Part shown: positions 1 through 64,000 of the stretch, piece after piece
Numbering within the stretch: position 1 is the first letter of the stretch
Layout of the letters: each line of letters starts with the position of its first letter
From: Pavona decussata
Taxonomy: Eukaryota
Length of the DNA stretch: 64,000 bases
Assembly: GCA_977016875.1 (NCBI GenBank)
Contig: CDRNST010000117.1
Span: forward strand, 930,001 to 994,000
Direction of reading: 5' to 3'
Translations under genes and position numbers: made by a program
The notes under the pieces: generated by a model
What the model was told of the DNA's origin: nothing
The model's input: the letters and a program-made list of their open reading frames with translations, nothing else
Database searches by the model: none

Positions 1-63829
<63,829 letters not shown>

Positions 63830-64000
63830 CTAAATAAAAGTACAAAGAGACAACCAGAGTATGTCAGGATCAAACGGTTTAAGCAACACATGGTGTGGAA
63901 CGTAAAATGTAAAGAAAAACGAAGATACAGTCAGAGAATAGAGAGATTTAGAATTACCTTTATGGCAAACGGCAGAAATGACCTCGTGATTGTTTGTTAT

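Overview
Eukaryotic (animal) genomic DNA. The repeat content suggests a cnidarian, probably a stony coral (inference). The whole window lies inside one minus-strand gene, an axonemal outer-arm dynein heavy chain of the DNAH5/DNAH8 type. I traced 70 coding exons by hand (about 10.8 kb, about 3,600 codons, reading frame consistent across all junctions). They run from the tail through the linker, AAA1-AAA4, stalk and AAA5-AAA6 to near the C-terminus; start and stop codons lie outside the window. One intron is GC-AG. The introns hold many MITE families, tRNA-derived SINE-like repeats, LINE remnants, microsatellites and two higher-order tandem arrays. The strongest observation is a 485-bp non-coding insertion (33559-34043) with a 13-bp target-site duplication and three minimal hammerhead ribozyme motifs. 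Two motifs are in tandem, delimiting a 222-nt monomer (retrozyme/Penelope-like architecture); the third is inverted and so lies in the sense strand of the dynein pre-mRNA. Also notable: a second Penelope-type hammerhead family, an internally deleted RTE element with a structured 5' end, perfect DNA palindromes, and two duplicated splice junctions that may create cryptic exons. All coordinates were read by eye; repeat boundaries are approximate.
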